Shown: positions 28,912-37,802 of the stretch, one piece after another
How the letters are laid out: the number at the start of each line of letters is the position of its first letter
Position numbering within the stretch: the stretch's first letter is position 1
Source: a virus
Direction: 5' to 3' (one strand)
DNA length: 64,000 bases
IMG/VR virus record: IMGVR_UViG_3300030333_005399
Coordinates: 7,830 to 71,829 of that record
Notes under the pieces: generated by a model
What the model was told of the DNA's origin: nothing
What the model saw: the letters and a program-made list of their open reading frames with translations, nothing else
Databases searched by the model: none
Made by a program: the position numbers and the translations under genes

Positions 28912-30945
28912 CTAGCTAGCTAAGAATTTATTATTGAGAACCTTAGCTAAACTAATAAGATTTGTAGGATCAATGAATGTTGCATCTTGTCCGTACATTC
29001 TTTTGAAATCTCTTATTGAACTATCTCTCTCGTAACGACCATCAGTGATAAAGAATGATAAGATGTTAATTCCAGTCTTACGAAATTTATCAACTTGATT
29101 GCGAGTATGTTCGACTGCATCTCTTCCAGAGTAACTCATCTCACTGTTGCTGTAGTATGGCATACCGTCTGAAAGATTAAGGAAGAATGAATCTCTACCG
29201 TTTGAATCATTCATGATTTGCTTTTCGATAGCTGCGAAACATAGACCTTCGGGAGTAGTACCTTTAGCGTCTAAATACTTCCAATATTTTTTGATGTGTA
29301 CGATCTTGTTAACTTTTGAATCGTAGATTACTGCAAGTAATGGATCTTGTGAATCGTTTACTGTAGTTCTTAGGTTAACGTGTACGTGAATGTTACCAAC
29401 CATATCGGCTGCAGTTGCCATAGCAGCTGCACTTTTGATAGCGTTATTAAAGTTGCTACCACTCATAGATCCACTTGCATCGATTGAGATATGAAGATAA
29501 GCATCGTTGTACTTTGTAGTGAATGAGTGTGAGAATACGTTACCGTTGTTGAAACCTAACTCAGCAATTAATCTCTTGTCGATACGACCAGATTCTTGTC
29601 TTGTCCACTTAGTAGTACGTTCTTCGTTACGAACTTGTAACTTACGACCAAGTTTCTTACCAAGAAGGATACCATTTGATATGTTTGCTTCCATATCTTG
29701 TGATCTGTAACGTGACATGATTGAGTGAGCAATACTTCCATTTCTCCAACTACCTTCAACTTCGTCTACTAATTCTTGACCGATACGAGGTAGTACAACT
29801 ACTTTTACAGCTTTGTTAGTCTTATTACCGTAGTAGTCTTCAGCTTCTACTTCAACTTCTTTGTGATAAGCACCTGATTTCTCAACTGCACTAATTGCTT
29901 TTTGATCTTTCTTTGAAAGCTGTGTCTTCTTAATCTTACCGTCTGTGAACTGTTTTTGCTTTTCGATAGCTTTATCAATCTGATAGTGTTCTTTATCGGA
30001 AAGTTCTTGATCAGTTGAAGGAGCTGATTCACCTTCAGCTTCCATTGACTTATCGTCAGTATCAACTTCAGTACCACTACCATTAGATGAAGACGGTGAA
30101 TCTGAAGCAGTCTCAGCTCCATTTTCGTCGATGGTTGATTCACCGTCTTCTGAGGTTACATCTTCTTTTGGAGTCATATGCTTCATGATAATATCGTATA
30201 CGTCACACGCAACGTTGAAAGCATCTTCAGTCGAAGTCAGTCTAGAGATGTTTTTAAGATTAATAGTATTGTAAATGATTCTCAATCCTGGAAGAGCATC
30301 TAAGTCTGTATTAGGATTAGTAAAGTTAATGATACGAAACTCATAATGATCGTAGTCACTTGAATCACGATAGTCATTAGACTTAAGACCTTTATTGATA
30401 GCTCTGAAATTGAAATATTTATCATACATTGAGTGATAATAATTTTTGTATCCTGGAGCAGATTTAAATGTCATATAATCGATTCTACGATCTTCGATGT
30501 AGTTAAGAAGACTCTTGATTCTTGGAACCATATCTTGGTAATCTGACCATTCATCTGACTGATAAACAAGTCCACCGTAATCAATACCATATCTAGTATT
30601 GATATGAGTTTTAAGATCTCTTAAGAAATCAAAATCACTGTGTACAATATGACTACCTTCATGAAGAGCTAAACCAACTGAAGGATCAAAATTCTTATCG
30701 TTAAGATTAGAAGCTAGAGTTACAGTCTTACCATCGGTGTAACTATCTCTACCTTGAAATTTTACTTTAATATCACTACGACCAGTAACAATGTTGACAT
30801 AGTTAGAAATAGCTTTACGATAACCAGCGAGAGCGATTAAGTCTTTACCTTTTTTCTTGGTAACTTCTTCATCTCTCCACCAAGCATCGACACTACCTGT
30901 CATGTTGCCGATCCAATAGTTTGAGTTTTGATTTATTCTTGTCAT
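28912..30945 (-). CDS. CobT-like VWA protein with N-terminal metallopeptidase-like HExxH
   Basis: HEGSH, NYIEDRRI, acidic linker, MIDAS DASGSM, GTTP, SDGMP. Confidence 0.88.
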   Translation of the reverse strand: MTRINQNSNYWIGNMTGSVDAWWRDEEVTKKKGKDLIALAGYRKAISNYVNIVTGRSDIKVKFQGRDSYTDGKTVTLASNLNDKNFDPSVGLALHEGSHIVHSDFDFLRDLKTHINTRYGIDYGGLVYQSDEWSDYQDMVPRIKSLLNYIEDRRIDYMTFKSAPGYKNYYHSMYDKYFNFRAINKGLKSNDYRDSSDYDHYEFRIINFTNPNTDLDALPGLRIIYNTINLKNISRLTSTEDAFNVACDVYDIIMKHMTPKEDVTSEDGESTIDENGAETASDSPSSSNGSGTEVDTDDKSMEAEGESAPSTDQELSDKEHYQIDKAIEKQKQFTDGKIKKTQLSKKDQKAISAVEKSGAYHKEVEVEAEDYYGNKTNKAVKVVVLPRIGQELVDEVEGSWRNGSIAHSIMSRYRSQDMEANISNGILLGKKLGRKLQVRNEERTTKWTRQESGRIDKRLIAELGFNNGNVFSHSFTTKYNDAYLHISIDASGSMSGSNFNNAIKSAAAMATAADMVGNIHVHVNLRTTVNDSQDPLLAVIYDSKVNKIVHIKKYWKYLDAKGTTPEGLCFAAIEKQIMNDSNGRDSFFLNLSDGMPYYSNSEMSYSGRDAVEHTRNQVDKFRKTGINILSFFITDGRYERDSSIRDFKRMYGQDATFIDPTNLISLAKVLNNKFLAS

Positions 30946-30969
30946 TTAGTAACCTCTTTTAAATTATAA

Positions 30970-31042
30970 TAGAATCTACTAAACAAAACCGGTTATTGTA
31001 CATGCTTTTTTTCACTTTTTTTCATTTTTTTTCGCTTTTTTT
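30970..31042 (-). promoter_or_regulatory. Conserved phage promoter motif, copy 6, with four phased A-tracts
   Basis: GCATGTAC-N19-TAGATTCTA; + strand T7-8 tracts repeat every 10 nt. Confidence 0.8.
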
Positions 31043-31045
31043 CGC

Positions 31046-31534
31046 TTAAAAATCTCCATAATCTACTTGAAAACATGTTAATCCTTCCATTCTCCACATA
31101 TCAACCACTTTTTGTCTATCGTCAAATACACCCAAAACCTTACTTCTATCTGGACAATGATCTTCCAACATTCTATACTTTAAGACTTCATCAGAAATAT
31201 AGAGTTCCTTCTTGTTTGAAGGTCTCATAACCAATTTGTGATACTTAATGTCGTGTTCTTCTAACCATATCTTTGTGGCTAACTTAGTTCTATCAGATCT
31301 TCCACTGAATATGTATATGGATGCTCCACTATCGTAAAGTAACTTACACATAGTCACAACTGGAATATTTGGAACATCTAACTTTATATTTTTTGGATCG
31401 TGTAACACATTCCAATTTATTTTATTATAGTCGGCTTCTCTAGTCTTATTTGCTGTTGCTAACTTCATACGTTCATCTGTGTTAGCTAATGTTCCGTCTA
31501 AGTCGAAGATTACTATTTTATCTTTTACAGACAT
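31046..31534 (-). CDS. HAD phosphatase (PseT C-terminal domain-like)
   Basis: DLDGTL, SGR, MRP, FDDR, TCFQV. Confidence 0.9.
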   Translation of the reverse strand: MSVKDKIVIFDLDGTLANTDERMKLATANKTREADYNKINWNVLHDPKNIKLDVPNIPVVTMCKLLYDSGASIYIFSGRSDRTKLATKIWLEEHDIKYHKLVMRPSNKKELYISDEVLKYRMLEDHCPDRSKVLGVFDDRQKVVDMWRMEGLTCFQVDYGDF

Positions 31535-31553
31535 TTGATTCTCCTTTGATATG

Positions 31554-31907
31554 TTATTCTCTATGATTCCATGGACCTTGATACCACCTGTCGCCGTTAT
31601 TTGGAACCCTTACTAATTGATAATATTTGTCGTCCACTTGAAATGGTTCGTTTATTGCAAATGGACTTGTTTGTTCATACACAACTCTATCCCATAATAT
31701 TTCTATGATCTCACTTTTATATATATCGGGCAAATCTTTAAATGTTATTGGTTCAATAATCTCAATGGATATTTGACAGTAAACGTCTCCACTCGGAACC
31801 AATCTGTATGGTACAATTTCTAATGGTTCTTGTGCACTTAGTGCTTCGTATAAGAACACCAACAGAACTAAAATGATGTGAATTACTGAAAAGTTTAGTT
31901 TTTTCAT
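31554..31907 (-). CDS. Exported hypothetical protein
   Basis: Signal peptide MKKLNF...LSA. Confidence 0.5.
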   Translation of the reverse strand: MKKLNFSVIHIILVLLVFLYEALSAQEPLEIVPYRLVPSGDVYCQISIEIIEPITFKDLPDIYKSEIIEILWDRVVYEQTSPFAINEPFQVDDKYYQLVRVPNNGDRWYQGPWNHRE

Positions 31908-31987
31908 ATTATTTCCTTTAATATATAACGTTAATTACGTAATTATTTGTGAGACTAACATTAACCCCATTAAACCGGAGAAACAAA

Positions 31988-32320
31988 ATGAGGACATTAG
32001 GTTGTTTGTTATTGATGGGCATGGTGGCTGCCCAAAATCCTTCGGTCGAAGGAAGCCATCCACCCATACCAAAAAAACCATTTGAATTGAACGTATCAGA
32101 TTTACCATCCACTCACCAATACTATAAAGGTGGTACCATACATGTTGAATTTATCGTTAATGAGAATGGCGACGTTGAAGACGCTATCGTAGTAGACACT
32201 TTTGATGTACGTTACAGCACCGCTATTTTGGAGAAAGTAATGGATACTAAATATATTCCTGCTCATCAAAATGGCATTCCAGTTAGAGTTAGATATAAGT
32301 TACCTATTGCGTTTAGATAA
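31988..32320 (+). CDS. Signal peptide plus TonB C-terminal domain
   Basis: GTIHVEFIVNENGDVEDAIVV...KYIPAHQNGIPVRVRYKLPIAF; GGAG RBS before ATG 31988. Confidence 0.8.
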   Translation: MRTLGCLLLMGMVAAQNPSVEGSHPPIPKKPFELNVSDLPSTHQYYKGGTIHVEFIVNENGDVEDAIVVDTFDVRYSTAILEKVMDTKYIPAHQNGIPVRVRYKLPIAFR

Positions 32321-32339
32321 GAATGAATGGGAGGATTGA

Positions 32340-32621
32340 TCACTTCTTTCCTCCCTTCTTATCAGCTGGTTTCAAACCTAAATCACCTAAAAAATCTGCC
32401 CATCCGACTTCATCCTCTGGTGGTGCTTGTGGAATTCCTAACGAATCTAACAATTCCATATAGCTCATTTTCTTTGTTACTTCACTATGTAACCTCCCTA
32501 GTTTTATTAACATATCTTCATTTTCTTGAAATAATTCCATCATCATTTCTATTGCCCATATACACTGATTTAACTGATGACCAGTGATTAAAAACATATC
32601 GTCTTTTCTATAATACTTCAC
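32340..32621 (-). CDS. Hypothetical protein
   Basis: Overlaps the upstream stop. Confidence 0.5.
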   Translation of the reverse strand: MKYYRKDDMFLITGHQLNQCIWAIEMMMELFQENEDMLIKLGRLHSEVTKKMSYMELLDSLGIPQAPPEDEVGWADFLGDLGLKPADKKGGKK

Positions 32622-33153
32622 TCAACAATATCCTTTGCTGCTTTTTATTATGTGAATGTACAAATGTTAAATGGTTGTTTATATTAGACTTGGTGATCAA
32701 TGTGATTTCGTCTTTAGAATATAGATCATTAACATAGTCGACACTCTTATGATAACCATCTTTGATAAACATTTTAATAGCAGTTCTCATAACATCTTTG
32801 ATTGAGCGGGTGGACGGAATCGAACCGACAGCATCAGCTTGGAAGGCTGAGGTATTACCACTATACGACACCCGCAGTTTTTTCTTTTCTTTGTTAGCGT
32901 AATAATCTTTTAACCATCTATCCCATGATCCACTACCTTTTGCAACCTTACTACCACCAACACTACGTCTATCCATTCTACGTAGACTATTTTTAGTATC
33001 ACTACTTACTGGTTGTACATAACCACCAGTCTTGTGTGGATATACGATGTGAGCTGAATACTTCTCCACATCACTACATTTAGTACATTCTTTGTATCCT
33101 AAATGTATCCTTGTGTGTGGCATAAACTTACCACACGATTTGCAATTATTCAT
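32608..33153 (-). CDS. Zinc-finger phage protein containing an in-frame tRNA sequence
   Basis: CKSC and CTKC; GAGG RBS and promoter motif; no stop codon across the tRNA. Confidence 0.7.
   Translation of the reverse strand: MNNCKSCGKFMPHTRIHLGYKECTKCSDVEKYSAHIVYPHKTGGYVQPVSSDTKNSLRRMDRRSVGGSKVAKGSGSWDRWLKDYYANKEKKKLRVSYSGNTSAFQADAVGSIPSTRSIKDVMRTAIKMFIKDGYHKSVDYVNDLYSKDEITLITKSNINNHLTFVHSHNKKQQRILLSEVL
32805..32875 (-). tRNA. tRNA-Gly(TCC), CCA not encoded
   Basis: GCGGGTGTCGTATAGTGGTAATACCTCAGCCTTCCAAGCTGATGCTGTCGGTTCGATTCCGTCCACCCGCT; perfect acceptor, D and anticodon stems, one T-stem mismatch. Confidence 0.88.
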
Positions 33154-33172
33154 GTAACCTCTCTGGTATATA

Positions 33173-33215
33173 TAGAATCTACACGATTTACCCGGTTAAT
33201 GTACATGCTTTTTTT
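33173..33215 (-). promoter_or_regulatory. Conserved phage promoter motif, copy 7
   Basis: Identical to copy 2 across core and spacer. Confidence 0.8.
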
Positions 33216-33303
33216 CACTTTTTCTTAAAAATATACACATATTTAACCTTGAGAGGACTTTCGACAGGTCCTCTTTTTCTTTGGAACAAATGGAGAATAA
33301 CAA

Positions 33304-33525
33304 ATGAAAGAAGCCATAACAATGGTCAAGGTGTGGATAGATGATATTGTACATCTACTCATGTCCTTTGTGGCAGTAGGCGCAATGTCAGAAGTCCTCT
33401 TTGGCAGCGGTGTCTTCGGTGTAAATGTTATTGGTAACCTAACAGCAATAATAGGTAAATTCGGTGAATCTGGATTTGCTGGGTTAGTCGCTTTATTGCT
33501 ATTAGTTGGATTGTTCCGTAAATAA
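33304..33525 (+). CDS. Small hydrophobic membrane protein
   Basis: GGAG RBS; two hydrophobic helices; bounded by hairpins. Confidence 0.75.
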   Translation: MKEAITMVKVWIDDIVHLLMSFVAVGAMSEVLFGSGVFGVNVIGNLTAIIGKFGESGFAGLVALLLLVGLFRK

Positions 33526-33536
33526 ATAGGAAGTAT

Positions 33537-33567
33537 AGAGGGGACCTCTGGTCCCCTCTCCTATTTT
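33537..33567. terminator. Intrinsic terminator between convergent units
   Basis: AGAGGGGACC-TCT-GGTCCCCTCT stem-loop. Confidence 0.7.
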
Positions 33568-33808
33568 GGAAATACCTATATACATTTGGGAATGGTTATC
33601 AACTCTATTTTATATCTTCTTCGTATGTCTTCTGTGTAAGATGTGGTGGGATAACAGTTAAGATTTTTTATTATACTCTTTGATCCTAACACTGAGAGGT
33701 TTTCTATTATTCATCCATTCAAGTATACGTTCTCTATTACTATTGGAATTCCATAGTTTGAGATTGCTCAAATCATAAAACAAAACAGCATTTATCCAAA
33801 GAAATGCC

Positions 33809-34156
33809 TTATTCTTCATTTTTAGATTGATATTTTGACAAATCTAGGTTCGGTAATGGTTTTTCTATTTTCAAGTCTTTTAACTTTGAATTAGCCACTA
33901 CAAGTTTTGAACCACCTACTATTTGTCCGTTTACTACGTGGTATATGAAGAACACTGTCTTCCATAAACCGACCCTTACTATACGACCAGGATCGCCATC
34001 AACCTCAACAACGTCATCTTCATTATAGTCGTTCCCTAGAAAGATCATTAATCCATCGACTGCTTCTCGAATTGTATTTTGAAATAAAAGGAGGGCGATA
34101 CCACTTACAAGTAACCATGAATATTCACCTACAACCTTTTGTAGAATCTGTTCCAT
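33809..34156 (-). CDS. MscS beta-domain-like small membrane protein
   Basis: TM helix then YNEDDVVEVDGDPGRIVRVGLWKT...VANSKL. Confidence 0.6.
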   Translation of the reverse strand: MEQILQKVVGEYSWLLVSGIALLLFQNTIREAVDGLMIFLGNDYNEDDVVEVDGDPGRIVRVGLWKTVFFIYHVVNGQIVGGSKLVVANSKLKDLKIEKPLPNLDLSKYQSKNEE

Positions 34157-34173
34157 GATTTTTTCCTATGGTA

Positions 34174-34764
34174 TTAATTATATTGTTCGATTTTCTCCGC
34201 TATCATAGATAAATATTGGTCAACCTTTTCTGTTGTTTGCTTTTTGGAAATTAGTTGATCTCTTTTTAGCGTTAACTTACCGTATGCTTTTTGTAACTCT
34301 AATTTTGTTAATCTTTTCATCGATCTGCGATAATATAAATGTTCTAGTGCTTCATCTTCTGCTTCAGCTCCTCGAACACCTGCAACTGCTGTTATCTGTT
34401 CTGTTTCACCGTATACATCTGTAACGTCTTGAATTTCTTCCCATACAGTATTTTCCCACATAGCATCCATATCAAAATCAATGTTATCGTATTCTAATGA
34501 CTCTAAACTATCTTGTATTGCTTTTTCTCTTTGTCTCTTTCTAGATCTTTCTGCAAATTCTCTGTCTAAAGTTACCGTTTGGATTGAATCACATTCTGAT
34601 AACCACTTACCATAGTTTTTCCAGTTAGGTGTACCATTAGAATTCCTATATTCTGTATCATCACAGTCTTGTCCGTATACAAGACCTCTTTTTGTTTCTG
34701 ATACTTGAGTGATGTCTTGAGAATGTATAACACTTACGAATAATAGAAGTGTTAAATATCTCAT
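34174..34764 (-). CDS. Exported hypothetical protein
   Basis: Signal peptide; AVAGVRG motif. Confidence 0.55.
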   Translation of the reverse strand: MRYLTLLLFVSVIHSQDITQVSETKRGLVYGQDCDDTEYRNSNGTPNWKNYGKWLSECDSIQTVTLDREFAERSRKRQREKAIQDSLESLEYDNIDFDMDAMWENTVWEEIQDVTDVYGETEQITAVAGVRGAEAEDEALEHLYYRRSMKRLTKLELQKAYGKLTLKRDQLISKKQTTEKVDQYLSMIAEKIEQYN

Positions 34765-35213
34765 AATATGTCAACTTCTATATGGTAATTTCTAGTTGGA
34801 GACTTATCATAGTCTGTTCCTACTATGATCATGTATTCTCCGGGTGGGATTTGTGATGTCCATTCTGTGCGATAGAGTTTCCAAACATAAGTTTCTATTC
34901 TATCTCTACCATCTCTGAATGGATCATACGATATTGGTTGTTGATGGACCATTTTACCTTTTGTGTTTATCATGTACAAACGTGTGTTTTCTTTCTCAAC
35001 CCTATATCTGATCTTTACTGCATCACCACCACTTATATCAGTAGTCTGCCAAGCTTGAAGAGGAAAGTAGTTAAAATCTTCCATCGATGGTTCACTAGAA
35101 CGCAACATAGGCTCGTCATCTCCTGGTCTAAAGAAGATGACAAAGCCTAATACAAAGCATATTGCTGCAATTAAACCTATTTCAATTAATTCTTCGTTTT
35201 GTGATTTGTACAT
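34761..35213 (-). CDS. Membrane-anchored Ig/FlgD-like protein
   Basis: TM helix then beta-rich domain ending IPPGEY. Confidence 0.45.
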   Translation of the reverse strand: MYKSQNEELIEIGLIAAICFVLGFVIFFRPGDDEPMLRSSEPSMEDFNYFPLQAWQTTDISGGDAVKIRYRVEKENTRLYMINTKGKMVHQQPISYDPFRDGRDRIETYVWKLYRTEWTSQIPPGEYMIIVGTDYDKSPTRNYHIEVDIL

Positions 35214-35231
35214 AATTTATTTATAAATAAT

Positions 35232-35251
35232 AGGGGATAGAATTATCCCCT
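35232..35251 (-). terminator. Hairpin after the pilin genes
   Basis: AGGGGATA-GAAT-TATCCCCT inverted repeat. Confidence 0.55.
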
Positions 35252-35256
35252 ATCAA

Positions 35257-35700
35257 TTATTGTCCTTCGTATATTTGAGGTACTTCAGCTAACTCGAATG
35301 CAAGAGAATCGTAAGTGTAATACCATATCTCATCATTTCTGCGTTGGTGATATAATCTACCTTCACCATCAGATTCGATATTGTATTGCCATTCACCATC
35401 AACATCTGGGATTCCCAATAACATGTTGATCTGAACGTTACGACTCCTGTTGATCACTTCGAGTGGATTATATGGCCACGCCTCAAGTCCTGTAGACATT
35501 AATGTCTCAGCTGCATGTTCCTCTAATCCTGCCCAAATCATATCAGCGAATGCTTTCTCAGCTGATGCCTCAGCGTTATCGACTGTGTCTTGATAACGTG
35601 GTATAGCGACTGCTGCTAAGATTCCAAGAATGATTGTGACCATCACTAGCTCAATCAATGTGAAACCTTTTGATGTATTCTTTAATATGTTCATGTTCAT
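35257..35700 (-). CDS. Type IV pilin/pseudopilin
   Basis: Class III signal KG|FTLIELVMVTIILGILAAVAIPRY. Confidence 0.92.
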   Translation of the reverse strand: MNMNILKNTSKGFTLIELVMVTIILGILAAVAIPRYQDTVDNAEASAEKAFADMIWAGLEEHAAETLMSTGLEAWPYNPLEVINRSRNVQINMLLGIPDVDGEWQYNIESDGEGRLYHQRRNDEIWYYTYDSLAFELAEVPQIYEGQ

Positions 35701-35728
35701 TTCCTTTCTGGACTTTGTCCGTTGTAAA

Positions 35729-36397
35729 TTAAGGTACTAAAGTTTTATGTAATTTTGAAGGGTTTTCAGTGTCTATTACTACAAGAACTGGTGCTTGTGC
35801 ATCTGTACCTGAACCACTTCCTGGTATGACCAAGTATGCGTAAGAACCATCCTGAAATGGTGACGATAAACCGTTGTTACCAAAATCTTTCTTGAAGTCT
35901 AATGCTCCGACTTCTGAGTTTCCATCAAATGAAACAGATGATTCAAGACTCATCCAATCGTTTTGTAATGCATCATCGTCATCAACCGATGGTGAGAAAA
36001 CATAAACATACTCACTCAAGTCATCCGTATAAGATACTTTTTGTTCAAGAACAGTTTCGATGTACGCTTCAAGAGTTTCATCAGTTAGAGCTCCATCAGC
36101 TAAATCAACACCACCTACAGCGACGTCGTATTTTTCCTGTCCTGGAAATCTTCCTTTACCCTCTTCAGATAATGTTTGGTTATAGTAGTTGTTAGCAACC
36201 GTCAAAATCTTATCAATGTTAGCAATAGTTTTCTTTTCCTTTGCACCAGCACCGACTGCTCCAAATTTTGGTGCGGCTGTTGTTGCAAGAGTTGCCATCA
36301 TTGCAGTTGTAACTGCGAATTCAGCAAGAGAATTACCTCTTGTGCTTTTAATTGTTTTAAACATCTTTTTTATGATGTTAAGTAGTGTTTTGAACAT
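35729..36397 (-). CDS. Atypical pilin/pseudopilin
   Basis: Basic leader, RG|NSLAEFAVTTAMMATLATTAAPKF (E5 and P22 retained). Confidence 0.75.
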   Translation of the reverse strand: MFKTLLNIIKKMFKTIKSTRGNSLAEFAVTTAMMATLATTAAPKFGAVGAGAKEKKTIANIDKILTVANNYYNQTLSEEGKGRFPGQEKYDVAVGGVDLADGALTDETLEAYIETVLEQKVSYTDDLSEYVYVFSPSVDDDDALQNDWMSLESSVSFDGNSEVGALDFKKDFGNNGLSSPFQDGSYAYLVIPGSGSGTDAQAPVLVVIDTENPSKLHKTLVP

Positions 36398-36455
36398 TTC
36401 AGTTCTCCTTTTCCTCTTTTGAGGCGTTTTTTAATAGTCTTCCTATAGGGTATAG

Positions 36456-36471
36456 TGCAAAAAGTATGCCA
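36456..36471 (-). promoter_or_regulatory. Sigma54 (-24/-12) promoter of the pilin pair
   Basis: TGGCATACTTTTTGCA, exact GG-N10-GC, 58 nt before the ATG. Confidence 0.75.
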
Positions 36472-36618
36472 AAGTCCTCATTTTGGAGAATTATTTTTTA
36501 AATAAAGATATTGTTGGATTTATAACTGCAAAAAAATAGGGACATTTTAGTCCCCATTTTTCATAGTATAGTTTTGATACAGTAGAAATGTATCATTATT
36601 GAACAGTGTATTTAACTG

Positions 36619-37401
36619 TTACACATCTATTAAACCTTCTCCCTTCATCCAGTTTAGGTGATCATCCGACTCAGCAAATAGTGTAGAATGATTAGATGTG
36701 TCGCTACTTGGTTGTTTTGAATAGTAGTACGTAGCTAGTGATATTCTTTTCTTATCTTCTGGACATGCTAACGGTGTTGGATGACCGTGCCATGAGTTTT
36801 CACTAGTACCAAATATTATCATCTTGTTAAAATCTGGTCTTATCTTACTGACACACTCTCCACCCCTTTTGCGTGGTTTATCCCATAACTCTAAGTGACC
36901 TTCCCACTCATCTTTCCAATCGTGATTCATGTAAAGTAATACATTGACTCGTCTCCAATATCCATTAAATTTTTGATCATCATGTATACTAAAATCACAG
37001 TGTACACCTAACTTTCCACCTCGTGGGATTATATGCACACCACCTCCCGCAAAAGAATCATCACCTATCAAATCTTCTATTCCAGTTATGTGTCTAAGGA
37101 AACCTATAAACTCGTCACTGTTCAAATAATTTAAAACTCCATGGATTTCTGGATCTCCTGAAACGTTGTTTAATCCTCGTTTACCTTCCAAATCATTCCA
37201 AAATTCAGATGCACCCCATCTTTTTGAAGGGTTTGGTTCACTCATAGCATAATCCCATGCTTTTTGGATCTTGTCATAGTCAGCTATGTTATCCAGTACT
37301 GCACCATCTAACATACCATCAATCTGCCAGTACCGAAATGGTTTTTCAGTCATCCATGACTCGTGATTGTCTTTCCAATACTGTATATCTTTACTAATCA
37401 T
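36619..37401 (-). CDS. 2OG-Fe(II) oxygenase (paralog of 21676..22368)
   Basis: GGGVH, HCDF, GHLELW, WHGHP, RISLA. Confidence 0.9.
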   Translation of the reverse strand: MISKDIQYWKDNHESWMTEKPFRYWQIDGMLDGAVLDNIADYDKIQKAWDYAMSEPNPSKRWGASEFWNDLEGKRGLNNVSGDPEIHGVLNYLNSDEFIGFLRHITGIEDLIGDDSFAGGGVHIIPRGGKLGVHCDFSIHDDQKFNGYWRRVNVLLYMNHDWKDEWEGHLELWDKPRKRGGECVSKIRPDFNKMIIFGTSENSWHGHPTPLACPEDKKRISLATYYYSKQPSSDTSNHSTLFAESDDHLNWMKGEGLIDV

Positions 37402-37639
37402 GAGTCTATATCCAAATATGTTTCTTCATCATGCCACCATTCGTAATGACTTTGTCTATTTTGTAAGCTAGAATTAAATCCATCATTCCATTCTTTTTCT
37501 GACATGACTTTAAAATGTTTGTTAAATTCTGTTTCAGTGGTTTTACTTTTATTAATATAATAAAGAGATGCACCTTTCGCATCTACTGCATTAACTCGAC
37601 CTCTAATGTTATCAGTGGTCTTTTCAACTATATAATATT

Positions 37640-37792
37640 TCATTTTCCTTGACCCCTATATTTCTTTTTATAACGCTTACTACCAGATCTTGTACTGTAT
37701 TTCGTACCCTTTCCTAAACCTTGTCTTGTTTTCTTTCTTGCCTTTGTTCTACCGCTATCGTTACCTCCTAGTACTCCCTTAGGCTTCGCCAT
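37640..37792 (-). CDS. Small basic protein (50 aa)
   Basis: KKTRQG...KKKYRGQGK, a pattern seen in T4-like aquatic phages; AGGAG RBS. Confidence 0.65.
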   Translation of the reverse strand: MAKPKGVLGGNDSGRTKARKKTRQGLGKGTKYSTRSGSKRYKKKYRGQGK

Positions 37793-37802
37793 CTTTTTAC
37801 TC

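Noticed and set aside
33560-33815. Apparent non-coding gap as ncRNA
   Set aside because: Mostly filled by a roughly 53-aa minus-strand ORF (MKNKAFLWINAVLFYD...) below the track cutoff
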